NCBI GenBank assembly: GCA_951406725.2
Contig: OX597839.1
Span: 36,270,001-36,334,000 of the forward strand
Source of the DNA: Octopus vulgaris
Taxonomy: Eukaryota
Reading direction: 5' to 3'
Length of the DNA stretch: 64,000 bases
Position numbers and translations under genes: made by a program. This document shows, piece by piece, positions 63,773 to 64,000 of this stretch; within the stretch, counting starts at the first letter, position 1; the number at the start of each line of letters is the position of its first letter. Below the pieces are notes generated by a model that worked only from the letters and a program-made list of their open reading frames with translations, did no database searches and was not told the origin of the DNA.

Positions 63773-63805
<33 letters not shown>

Positions 63806-63962
63806 CGACAGGCTTCTTTCAGTTTCCGTCTACCAAATCCACTCACAAGGCATTGGTCGGCCCGGGGCTATAGCAGAAGACACTTGCCCAAGATGCCACG
63901 CAGTGGGACTGAACCTGGAACCATGTGGTTGGTTAGCAAGCTACTTACCACACAGCCATTCC
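63557..63962 (-). mobile_element. full-length tRNA-derived SINE, inverted relative to 58195-58575
   Basis: Reverse complement aligns end to end with the 58195 copy. Confidence 0.85.
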
Positions 63963-64000
63963 TTGCCCACAAGGGCCTAAACATAGAGGGGGCAAACAAG

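Overview
AT-rich, microsatellite- and SINE-dense eukaryotic DNA, most likely an octopus (coleoid cephalopod), judged from recall of its repeat families. The window lies inside one plus-strand gene, a split ends/SPEN (SHARP/MINT) ortholog. I reconstructed 14 phase-consistent coding exons between 22529 and 63483 (16,876 nt, about 5,625 codons). They encode three SPEN-type RRMs and include a single 12,971-bp exon. The N-terminal RRM exon(s) and the C-terminal SPOC domain are not visible and presumably lie outside the window. Introns carry tRNA-derived SINEs, RTE LINE fragments, TTAA-flanked piggyBac-like MITEs, hAT-like elements and mini/microsatellites. No wholly new system can be proven from sequence alone. 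The best leads are: a candidate 33-nt in-frame microexon inside the last RRM; a 180-bp near-perfect palindrome in an RRM intron; six CTCF-like acidic [YF]xF motifs in the giant exon; an intronic, splice-compatible copy of giant-exon coding sequence; an 82-nt intronic hairpin; and a GC-AG intron directly before the giant exon.
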